Shown in pieces: positions 29,657-38,298 of a DNA stretch of 64,000 nt. Position 1 is the first letter of the stretch. Every line of letters begins with the position of its first letter. The translations under genes and the position numbers were made by a program. The stretch lies in sequence record DRR378314_409. One strand, 5' to 3'. The notes beneath the pieces are model-generated. The model did not search any database. It saw only the letters and a list, made by a program, of their open reading frames with translations, and was not told where the DNA came from.

Positions 29657-30457
29657 ATGGGCGGTCTCGCGCTCAGGGTCTTGTGCACCCTAATATGTCT
29701 GAGTTTCCTGCTGGTTGAAACTGCAACAGCGGAACGGCAGATTTTTCCAAGAGGCATTAAAGGAACAGACGATCGAAGTCGGGTTAATATTCGTGAATAT
29801 CCATGGAGTTCAATCGGTCGCCTGAATAAAGATGGTGGCTTTTGTACAGCCATTTTGATCGCGCCAAATCAGGTTTTGACGGCGGCTCATTGCTTTTGGA
29901 ACCGCAGAACTAACCGATGGTCTCTGGCTCGCTTTTATCATTTTGTCGTTGGGTATGAAAAAGGGTCGTTTTCGGCGCATGCGAAAGGGGTTTCCTATAT
30001 AACCCGCTACGGATCTTCACCCTCAAAAACCTTTCCGGAATTTCCAAGATCCGAAGACTGGGCGATTCTGACATTGGATCAGGCGTTGGGCTCCGAGTTT
30101 AAGCCCGTTCCAATTTTAAGTGAAACGCCAATTCTTAGAACCCTTCGGGCAAAACAGCCCGCAACGGTGAGTCAGGCCGGTTATAGCCGTGACTATGCCC
30201 ACGTGCTGACCGTCCATGCAAAATGCCAGATTACCTCAAAGCAGAAACCCTCCAAACAGTCGGATCCGGTTTTCGTTCATGATTGTGATGCGACACAGGG
30301 AGATTCCGGCTCACCCATTCTGCATTTTAACGGGAAGGAACCCGGCATAATCGGCATTCATTCTGCAACGTTAAAGTTGCAAAAAGGAAACACGTTGGGC
30401 CTTGCGGTCTCCAGCGGGCATTTTCGACGATTCGCTTATCCAGACTCCAACGACTGA
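29657..30457 (+). CDS. Exported trypsin-like (V8/glutamyl endopeptidase-like) serine protease
   Basis: Signal peptide; YPWSSIGRL, LTAAHC, DWAIL, AGY, CDATQGDSGSP (complete His-Asp-Ser triad). Confidence 0.9.
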   Translation: MGGLALRVLCTLICLSFLLVETATAERQIFPRGIKGTDDRSRVNIREYPWSSIGRLNKDGGFCTAILIAPNQVLTAAHCFWNRRTNRWSLARFYHFVVGYEKGSFSAHAKGVSYITRYGSSPSKTFPEFPRSEDWAILTLDQALGSEFKPVPILSETPILRTLRAKQPATVSQAGYSRDYAHVLTVHAKCQITSKQKPSKQSDPVFVHDCDATQGDSGSPILHFNGKEPGIIGIHSATLKLQKGNTLGLAVSSGHFRRFAYPDSND

Positions 30458-30479
30458 GTTTTGCCCTTCGGAGTGCTCA

Positions 30480-30570
30480 TCCCGCGAATTAGGGATAAGA
30501 AAACCTGAAAATATCCCTAAAATTTTAGTAAAATACCCAGAAAACTGTATTTAGTACCTCGTTTGGGGGA
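30480..30570. promoter_or_regulatory. Array of four imperfect 16-bp palindromes (NarL/LuxR-type boxes, putative)
   Basis: TCCCGCGAATTAGGGA 30480, CCCTAAAATTTTAGTA 30515, TACCCAGAAAACTGTA 30534, TACCTCGTTTGGGGGA 30555. Confidence 0.35.
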
Positions 30571-30668
30571 TGATTTTCTGAAATGGGCAAGCTAGCCTAG
30601 GCAGCATAATCGAATTCAAAGGTGAGCAGAAGAAGCCAGTCGGCTGCTGATGCGAGAGGTGTATTGAA

Positions 30669-31013
30669 ATGGCAAATTCGGATAAATTTGACTCCGTTGA
30701 CGCTGCCAGGATCGAAGAAGTGTTGCAGGACGCAGATAATTCTGCGAGTGCGTCAGTAGTTTCTGGCGAAGATACTGCAGTGACTGACTTTCTGACAGAT
30801 AATCAGGAAGAACTTGTCGATCTGGATGCCTTGTTCGATGCTTTGAATATTGCTGCCGAAGATGGTATCGATGCGATGAGTTATGTGGAAGATGCAGAGC
30901 ACGGGAGTACATTGTCGATCCCCGGAGACGCCCTACCAGTTTCCGGGCTGGAGGATGTATCTGCTGTTGTCGCGGACCAGTTGAAGGACGGGATCATCTC
31001 AGACGAATCCTGA
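30669..31013 (+). CDS. Small acidic protein resembling a stand-alone type I secretion C-terminal target domain
   Basis: RBS GAGAGG, own terminator; about a quarter D/E, no Cys, no signal peptide; DTAVTDF...LVDLDALFD pattern and GIISDES end. Confidence 0.6.
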   Translation: MANSDKFDSVDAARIEEVLQDADNSASASVVSGEDTAVTDFLTDNQEELVDLDALFDALNIAAEDGIDAMSYVEDAEHGSTLSIPGDALPVSGLEDVSAVVADQLKDGIISDES

Positions 31014-31037
31014 CATAGGTATAACTGTGTCACCTGC

Positions 31038-31069
31038 AGGCTCCCGATTGTGAAACGGGAGCCTTTTTT
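31038..31069 (+). terminator. Intrinsic terminator after the small acidic gene
   Basis: AGGCTCCCG-loop-CGGGAGCCT followed by a T run. Confidence 0.8.
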
Positions 31070-33140
31070 ATTCCGTATTTGATGCTGCCTGTTTTAAGGA
31101 GTCTTCAAAGGCGGCGCCGGCTTTCGTTGCAAGAAACTGGTCAAATGCCTCTGCAATGGTCGCATCATATTTTTCCGGGTTCGCCCGAAATACTTCCATG
31201 GCTTCTTCAACGCTGATAGCGCTGCGGTAAGTCCGGGGGGAGACCCGGGCAACAAGGATATCAGCCATACCTAGCAAACGTGCCAATATATCAATTCGAT
31301 CTCCTTGAAGCTTATTGGGATAGCCGGAGCCGTCCTGGCGCTCATACATTTGACAGACAGCCGTGATAACCGTGTCATCAATTTCCATTTCCCGAAGCAA
31401 TGCTTCAGCTTGGGCAACATGACCCTGCATTATCTGTTTTTCAGATTCTGAAAGGCGTCCTTCTTTGGTTCTGATCTCAGCTGGGATAGATATTTTTCCA
31501 ATTTGCGAGAGGTTCGCCCCCGCATGCAGGCTTTCTTTTTGTTCTCGTGATAGTGGCAGAATATCAGCTACACTGCCGGTCAAGACACTCATATGGGCGG
31601 AATGACCTGCCAGATGGGGATCGTTGGCCTCCAACATGCGAAGGAGGATTGAAATGGTTTTCCGGCCCAAATCCTCTTTCTGGCGTTGAAAGGTGATATA
31701 GTCGGTGATATCGCCACTGACCGTTACAATACCTAGAAAAGAGCCATCATCATCAACTAACTGGGATTTTTCAACACGTACGATTTTGGATTTTTTCTGA
31801 AGTTCCAGTTCAAGGATCTCGTTCAGGGTTTCGCCAGTTTCCGCAACCTGATTGTCCATATCTGAGAATTTACGCGCTATTTTATCCCCAAATAGATCCC
31901 GGTCGGTTTTCCCCGGGATGCTCGCTTCCGGAAAGTCAACAAAACGTGCAAGGGCCGGGTTCGCATAGGCGTAAGTGCCATCGGGCCCCTTGAGGCTGAT
32001 TAAATCCTGAACAGTGTTATTAATATTACCAAGTAACCGCCGCTGCGCATTAATCCGCTGTGCAAGATCTTTATATTGATCTGCGAGGTTTTTAGCATTT
32101 TGGGTTTTCAGGCTGAACCAGATACCGCTGCCAATACTGCAAATGACGACAAAGACGCTGACGGCAAGACCCAGAACAACAAAACTGTAGGTATTGAGAG
32201 GTGCCAGTGCAGAATCCGTTGGGATTGTTTGCATCAGGACCAAACCGGTGTTTTCAATGTCACGGCCGACAGTATAAGTGGTTTGGTTCATCCCCTCAAA
32301 ATCCCGCTCACTGAAGGTTATGAGATCCTCCTCAAGCGAAAATGCCTGTTCTGTTTCCAAATACGGGGGACGGTTCGGAGAGACCTCATGATAGCCGTCA
32401 GCTGCTTTTTGAAAGATACGTGTTGCCTCGCCCGTTAAAGATACAGTGGTTCGAGCGAGAATGGCCGACAGCGGTCCGGCAGCGGGGACCGTCATCAGAA
32501 ACGCGCCAACCGGTTTATTGGTGCTTTCCGATAAAGGCTGGGCGGCATAAATTGGTATGATGAAGTCAATAACCACATTCCCGCCAACCAGATGAAAAGG
32601 CGAGGTAAGAAAATTGGCTTGATTATATTGCTCTTGGGCAAGGTCCCTTTGATTTTGCGTTAAACTAGGGGAATTACTGGACGCCAGATAGGCGCGCCCG
32701 TCCTGGCCAATCATGTAGGCGGCAATCAGATTATTTTCACTGACAAACTGATTGATTGCATTTTGCATATAGGGAAGCTGAGCGGAGAGAGCGGTTGACA
32801 GCTCTTGTCCTTCTAACGCATTGATTTCGGATGCAAACAGCTTGATGAGAGGATTTCCAACGAGAGCATTGGATTGCTGTGCAGCTTGTTCAATCCAGGT
32901 TTTTAAAACATCAACTTTTCCGTTTACCGTGATTTGTTGCCGGGTTTCCAGAGAGTTGAGAATTTCAGCCTTTTTGTCTGAAATAATGATGTAGGAAATC
33001 CACATGCAGGCAATCAGCAGGACGAGGACAGATCCGATTGCAACCAGCAAAGGCTTATTTCGGTTTGTGGACATTTTATTTCCGGAGTTTTTTTCCTCCA
33101 GAAACCGTTCCAATTCAAAATGGGCAGTTGTTTCGGTCAT
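31068..33140 (-). CDS. Membrane receptor: TM, periplasmic (Cache-like) domain, TM, PAS, degenerate HD-GYP
   Basis: Two TM helices, PAS (ISLKGPDG..AYANPA...PGKTD), HD-GYP fold with LSQIGK in place of LHDIGK, QMYERQDGSGYP, SPRTYR. Confidence 0.85.
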   Translation of the reverse strand: MTETTAHFELERFLEEKNSGNKMSTNRNKPLLVAIGSVLVLLIACMWISYIIISDKKAEILNSLETRQQITVNGKVDVLKTWIEQAAQQSNALVGNPLIKLFASEINALEGQELSTALSAQLPYMQNAINQFVSENNLIAAYMIGQDGRAYLASSNSPSLTQNQRDLAQEQYNQANFLTSPFHLVGGNVVIDFIIPIYAAQPLSESTNKPVGAFLMTVPAAGPLSAILARTTVSLTGEATRIFQKAADGYHEVSPNRPPYLETEQAFSLEEDLITFSERDFEGMNQTTYTVGRDIENTGLVLMQTIPTDSALAPLNTYSFVVLGLAVSVFVVICSIGSGIWFSLKTQNAKNLADQYKDLAQRINAQRRLLGNINNTVQDLISLKGPDGTYAYANPALARFVDFPEASIPGKTDRDLFGDKIARKFSDMDNQVAETGETLNEILELELQKKSKIVRVEKSQLVDDDGSFLGIVTVSGDITDYITFQRQKEDLGRKTISILLRMLEANDPHLAGHSAHMSVLTGSVADILPLSREQKESLHAGANLSQIGKISIPAEIRTKEGRLSESEKQIMQGHVAQAEALLREMEIDDTVITAVCQMYERQDGSGYPNKLQGDRIDILARLLGMADILVARVSPRTYRSAISVEEAMEVFRANPEKYDATIAEAFDQFLATKAGAAFEDSLKQAASNTE

Positions 33141-33832
33141 TTTTCAATCCTCGCTGCTTCATTAGCCGCGGTGTATTGACTTGGGATATGCGCCCAACGG
33201 GTGGTCTCATTTACCGAATAGAGGGGCACATAGTATTTGACGAATTTTTCTTCGAAAACCTTATCTGTCTGAGAATCCAGAATGTAAGATTTCCGGTTGA
33301 GCCGTAGGCTGAGAATGGTATGGGCAGTCCCGCGAAGAACATCCCGCGTGACAACAATTCGCATCTGGCTAGAGGTGAACCCCAATTCTCTCAGACTGAC
33401 GTATTTCATGATGGCGAAATCTTCGGAATCTCCACCAACTGTCATAAATTCAAGTGGCGGCGCCCAATAATCCTTTTGATGGTGGGTCACCCAGTCACTG
33501 TTATACTGCCACTTGTTCACAAAGCGATTGATCTGTCGCATGATGATACTTTTGGGGCTGTTTTCCAGTTCCTGAATTTTGGTGCGCCATAGGGTCATTT
33601 GTTGTGAGTTGCATTTCAGGATGTCTTGATCGCAAGCAGTTGCTGCCCGATTTAAGTCCCCAAAACTATCCATCGCCCGGCGCCATTGAGGCAGCGCCTG
33701 CAAATCACTCGATGCTATTTCCAATGTACCAAACAGACCATCGGCATTTTGCGCCAGAGCGGATCCGCTCATCGGTAAGAGGGGAGCCAGAAGTACGCCG
33801 CCCAAAAAGATGTATCTAAAGAGTTTCATCAT
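33137..33832 (-). CDS. LapG-family transglutaminase-like peptidase (BTLCP/C93), Cys-to-Ser variant
   Basis: Signal peptide; INRFVN..QY..D, DYW..P.EF, GGDSEDFAIMKY..L...G, AHTIL, YILDS. Confidence 0.88.
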   Translation of the reverse strand: MMKLFRYIFLGGVLLAPLLPMSGSALAQNADGLFGTLEIASSDLQALPQWRRAMDSFGDLNRAATACDQDILKCNSQQMTLWRTKIQELENSPKSIIMRQINRFVNKWQYNSDWVTHHQKDYWAPPLEFMTVGGDSEDFAIMKYVSLRELGFTSSQMRIVVTRDVLRGTAHTILSLRLNRKSYILDSQTDKVFEEKFVKYYVPLYSVNETTRWAHIPSQYTAANEAARIEK

Positions 33833-35157
33833 CTTTCCCGGAGTGCGTTATTCTTGGTTTTCAGGATTGGTTTCAGGATGTAGTCCAGAACAGATTTGTG
33901 ACCTGTTAATGTATCTACTGATGCAATCATGCCTGGCTTGATGGGAAAGATTTTCTCTCCACGCTTCAGAGAGGCTTCTTCGGTGCGCACAATAATTTTA
34001 TAGAATGTCTCACCGGTTTGCTCATTGACCGTTGTATCCGCGCTGATCCGCTCAACAGTTGCTGGCAGACCTCCGTAGATGGAAAAATCATAAGCTGTGA
34101 TCTTCACGGTTGCCTTTTGGCCAGGTCTGAGGAAGGCGATATCGGACGGACGGATCTTGGCTTCAACCAACAGGTTTTCTTCAATAGGGACAATTTCAAC
34201 GATATCCTGACCAGGTTTTACAACGCCACCAATAGTCTGGATTTTCAGCTCTTTAACTTCCCCTTTGAGCGGCGAGCGAACATCCGTTCGGGTGACCCGG
34301 TCGCGCGCTGCCAAAATGGTTTGGCGAACAGATTCATAATCTGCACGGGCAATACTCAATTCCTGGGAGGCCAGACTTCTGAAGTTCAGAATTTTCTCTT
34401 CAATCCGCTGGTTGGCTTCCTGCAGGGCGCCTCTCGCTCGGGGCAGGGCGAGTTCAGAGGCGGAAATCTGCCCTTTAAGATCATTGGCTTCGCGCTTCAG
34501 TTTCAGAAGCTGGACTTTTGGGACAATTCCTTTGACCGCGAGCGGCTCTGTAATTGCGAGTTCTTCATTTACAAGGGCTAAACTGGATTTTAATTGCCTT
34601 AGGCGGCCGTCAATTTCGGCGATTTCCTGTTTTCGTTGCTGGGCCTGTTGCCGCAGGATCGAAATTTGAGACTGCAGCTCTGCTTGGCGGGCGTTGAAAA
34701 GGTTTTGCTCCCGAATGGAAATTTGTTGTCCTTCTGCGAGCAGCTCAGGCGGATAATCGACGCCTTTTCCTTCTGCCTCAGCGCTCAAGCGGGCAATTTT
34801 ACCCATCAGGTTTAGATATTTGGATTCAATTTCGCCAACCCGGGCTGCGAAGCCCGTATCATCAATTCGCAGAAGGATCTGCCCTTTCTCAACAATTTCG
34901 CCTTCACGCACCAGCAGTTCCTTGAGAATACCCCCCTCCAGATTCTGGATGATCTGTACCTGAGATGAGGGAATAACTTTACCGTCACCCCGCGTCACTT
35001 CATCAAGGATTGCATTGTCTGCCCAGATAAAGGCCGCGACAAAAAAAGCGATGACGCCAAATAGCAAAAGCATCGACTTGGGGTTCGGGCCCTGCATTTT
35101 GGCCGCAACCACATCCGAGGCAAAATCGGTATCATTCCATTCCGTTTGACTAGCCAT
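33829..35157 (-). CDS. HlyD-family T1SS periplasmic adaptor (LapC-like)
   Basis: GKVIPSSQVQIIQNLEGGI, RSP..G.VK, TIGGVVKPG, VKITAYDFSIYG, PGM, YILKPI...ALRER. Confidence 0.93.
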   Translation of the reverse strand: MASQTEWNDTDFASDVVAAKMQGPNPKSMLLLFGVIAFFVAAFIWADNAILDEVTRGDGKVIPSSQVQIIQNLEGGILKELLVREGEIVEKGQILLRIDDTGFAARVGEIESKYLNLMGKIARLSAEAEGKGVDYPPELLAEGQQISIREQNLFNARQAELQSQISILRQQAQQRKQEIAEIDGRLRQLKSSLALVNEELAITEPLAVKGIVPKVQLLKLKREANDLKGQISASELALPRARGALQEANQRIEEKILNFRSLASQELSIARADYESVRQTILAARDRVTRTDVRSPLKGEVKELKIQTIGGVVKPGQDIVEIVPIEENLLVEAKIRPSDIAFLRPGQKATVKITAYDFSIYGGLPATVERISADTTVNEQTGETFYKIIVRTEEASLKRGEKIFPIKPGMIASVDTLTGHKSVLDYILKPILKTKNNALRER

Positions 35158-35193
35158 TCTTACGGTCTCTTCCTGTCAAATTCACGATCGCAC

Positions 35194-37515
35194 TCACTGC
35201 GTTTTGCCGGTTTTTTTGGTTGCGCGCTGTCCCACTTTCAGAATTTCATCCCTTGGCCCGTCCGCAACCACTTTGCCATGTCCAAGAACGATGATGCGAT
35301 CAACGACCGAGAAGAGCGAGGTTCGATGCGTGACCAACAGCAATGTCTTGCTCTGTGCAAATTTTTTCGGTTTAGAGATGAACTGACGTTCCGAATTTAG
35401 ATCCATGGAACTGGTCGGTTCATCAAACATGAGAACGGGCGGATTGGGAAGCAAAGCCCGGGCAATACCCATGGACTGTCTTTGCCCACCGGATAATGTA
35501 GCGCCTTTCTCCCCAACTTTCAGATCATAGCCATGGGGGTGGCGACTGACAAAATCATGAACACCAGCCAATTTTGCGGCCTTGAGGATCATTTCATCGT
35601 CTGCTTGCGGATGGCCCATGGTGATATTCTGGCGGATCGTCGCCTGGAACAGCGTTACGTCCTGCATGACGCTGCCGACAGAGCGCCGAATATCAGAGGG
35701 ATCGATTTGACGAATATCGGTGCCGTCGATGAGAACAGCGCCTTCATCAGGCTCATACAAATTAATTAAAAGCCGGGAAATAGTCGTTTTTCCAGATCCG
35801 ACCGGGCCAATAATGGCAACCTTTTCACCAGGTTGAATTTTGAAGGATACGTTTGAAAGGGCTGGGATGTCAGTACCGGGATATTTAAATGTGACATCTT
35901 TGAATTCAATTTCACCATGAATGTTAGGCCGGCTCAGCTGGCGCTTTTCAGCGGCTCTTTCCACGGGCAAGGCCATAATCTGGTTTAACCCTTTCAAGGC
36001 AACCATCGCTTGGTTGAGCCGCGTTAATAGAGCTGCAATCTGACCCAGAGGGGCCATGGTCCGGCCGGTTAAAATGGTGGATGCAATGAGAGCGCCAATT
36101 GTCATCGTGCTATCGGGTTGCGACATAAGATAGACGCCATAAACAACCACAAGAACGGTTACCAACTGCATTGCAGCGGCAGAAAGGTTGATGCCCAATG
36201 TTGCAAAGAAACGTGAAACCACGCTGGTTTGCGCGGTCTGACCGACAAAACGCTCCCACTCCTTTTGCATATGGCCTTCAACACCAAGGCTTTTGACCGT
36301 ATCAAGTGCAGAGATCGTCTCAATAATCACGCCATGTTTTTGAGAGCTTTCCTCAGTATTTTTGGCAACTGAGCGTCGCATGGGCAGTTGCAGCAATAGG
36401 CCCATAATAATGACAACAGGAACCGCAACAGCCGGGACGATGGCGATCGGTCCACCAATTAAGTAAATAATTAGCAAAAATACGCCCAGGAAGGGCAGAT
36501 CAACAAGCGCAGTAACGGTCGCAGAAGTAAAAAAATCGCGAAGCGTTTCGAATTCCCGCAAGTGGTTGGCAAATGCCCCGGCAGATTGGGGGCGTGCTTT
36601 CACCTGGATATTGAGGACTTGTTCAAAAATCCGGCTGGACAGAAGAACGTCGGCCCTTTTTCCCGCATTATCGACAAAATAGGCTCGCAAGGTTTTCAAA
36701 AGAAGATCAAAACAGATAACGGTGATGACGCCAAAAGCCAGGACTGAAAGCGTTTCCAGTGCCTTGTTGGGAACAACACGATCATAAACATTCATGATGA
36801 AGAGCGGGCTCGCAATCGCAAAGCTGTTAATCAGAAAGGCAGCCAGGATCACTTGCGAATAGGTTGGCCAAAATTGCCACATGGTTCCCCAGAACCAAGA
36901 CCCTTTGCGCTGGTACAGTTTTTCATCTCTTTCGATGCGGAACTGGAAGTTGGGGCGAACAAAGATCGCGTATCCAGCATATAGGTCTTCCAGTTCTTTT
37001 AAGGGAATAACTTGATGCCCTTCACCGGTTTCCGGGAAAATAACCTCAGCTTCTTTATCGGTTTTTTTCAGCAGAACACAGGCTTTTTTCTCTTTGAGTA
37101 GTAAAACAGTGGGCAGGACAACTGATGGAATTTTATCCAGTTTTCGATTTGTAATGCGGGCACTGATCCGAACTTTTTCTGCGGCCCTAATAAAAAGATT
37201 TGGGGTTAGCCGATTCTCTTCCAGCGGGAGCCCATAAACCAGCGCATCTTCGGTTCGTGGGTCTTCAAAAATCTTTGTCAATGCGACGAGGCAGCCCAGC
37301 AAAGGATCTTGGTCGGTTCTTTTGATATCTGAAAGCGGGATATCCCAGTTGTCTTCCTGTTCTGCTTTTTCGAGGGACGGCTCAGCAGCGTTTTCAATGA
37401 CAGGGTCGTCGGTTGCCGAGTTGTCAGCGATTGATCGCAGTCTTTCTGTCGTTGATACGTCTATTGCGCTTGGGTCTTCTGTTGCCCCACCCGCCATAGT
37501 TTGCTTATCTGTCAT
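35194..37515 (-). CDS. T1SS permease/ATPase with C39-like domain (LapB/LssB-like)
   Basis: DPLLGCL...GLP N-domain, SWFWG, LFIMNVYDRVVPN, DLPF, GPVGSGKTT, LSGGQRQ, FDEPTSSMD, VTHR; start estimated. Confidence 0.93.
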   Translation of the reverse strand: MTDKQTMAGGATEDPSAIDVSTTERLRSIADNSATDDPVIENAAEPSLEKAEQEDNWDIPLSDIKRTDQDPLLGCLVALTKIFEDPRTEDALVYGLPLEENRLTPNLFIRAAEKVRISARITNRKLDKIPSVVLPTVLLLKEKKACVLLKKTDKEAEVIFPETGEGHQVIPLKELEDLYAGYAIFVRPNFQFRIERDEKLYQRKGSWFWGTMWQFWPTYSQVILAAFLINSFAIASPLFIMNVYDRVVPNKALETLSVLAFGVITVICFDLLLKTLRAYFVDNAGKRADVLLSSRIFEQVLNIQVKARPQSAGAFANHLREFETLRDFFTSATVTALVDLPFLGVFLLIIYLIGGPIAIVPAVAVPVVIIMGLLLQLPMRRSVAKNTEESSQKHGVIIETISALDTVKSLGVEGHMQKEWERFVGQTAQTSVVSRFFATLGINLSAAAMQLVTVLVVVYGVYLMSQPDSTMTIGALIASTILTGRTMAPLGQIAALLTRLNQAMVALKGLNQIMALPVERAAEKRQLSRPNIHGEIEFKDVTFKYPGTDIPALSNVSFKIQPGEKVAIIGPVGSGKTTISRLLINLYEPDEGAVLIDGTDIRQIDPSDIRRSVGSVMQDVTLFQATIRQNITMGHPQADDEMILKAAKLAGVHDFVSRHPHGYDLKVGEKGATLSGGQRQSMGIARALLPNPPVLMFDEPTSSMDLNSERQFISKPKKFAQSKTLLLVTHRTSLFSVVDRIIVLGHGKVVADGPRDEILKVGQRATKKTGKTQ

Positions 37516-38092
37516 TATGTGTTTCCATATCCCGACACGCATCTGCTTGAACTCTAAACCCAGCCGGCAGTTCAGCAGGAGCGCAGCCCCATTAATTGGT
37601 CTCAAATCTGAAGGCAGTACACTGCCTTGGAGTTGGACCTTACCCCAATTGCTTCCAAGTCCTTATGAAACTTGGAAATGTACACTCATGGTTGCATTCT
37701 ATTGATATATAAAAAGCCATTTTAGTGAAAAACATGTTAACAAACCTAATTCTGTCAAAATATTCGCCATAGGCAAAGTTGAATTCTTGATTATGGTTAA
37801 TTTCAAGTGATGTCTTCGGACCTGTTGGCGGGGTAGAGATCTCTGAATATAAATATCCTATCTTGATTAGAAGTAACTAAGGTTGAAAAGAAACAAGGGT
37901 TTAAGTTCACAAGTGCTAGCCTTATTCGTTCTGTTTTTTAGAGAGAATTTCAAATTCTAGAATGCAAATCACTCCCGAATCTCAGTTTTCAGTATGAGGG
38001 AGAGTTGTGAATACACTTTCTGTGAAGAATAGGGCGCGATTGTGAATGTTTATAGGCAGGCTAAATCGTTGCAAAAAAAACACAAAATCGCT

Positions 38093-38107
38093 TTAAGCGA
38101 GATTTAA
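38093..38107. promoter_or_regulatory. CtrA-consensus box in the lapB/tolC divergent region (putative)
   Basis: Perfect TTAA-N7-TTAA (TTAAGCGAGATTTAA); near-match TTAA-N7-TTGA at 38119-38133. Confidence 0.45.
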
Positions 38108-38298
38108 TCGGGGAAGTGTTAAGTCCGAGTTGATTATATTCGGCTGCATACGATACTATCCTGCAAAATCCACGCTTTACGCGAAATTTTCTTTACGTTT
38201 ATTAAAGGAAATTGGTTGATATATTTAATAAATATAGACAAAAATCCGTATGCGACAGAGTACGGTCTTCGGAGATTTAAGATGATTGGGAGAGGGGT

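Noticed and set aside
37520-38290. c-di-GMP riboswitch in the T1SS divergent region
   Set aside because: No GGCAAAC/GNRA/GACGCAAAG-like class I or class II consensus found
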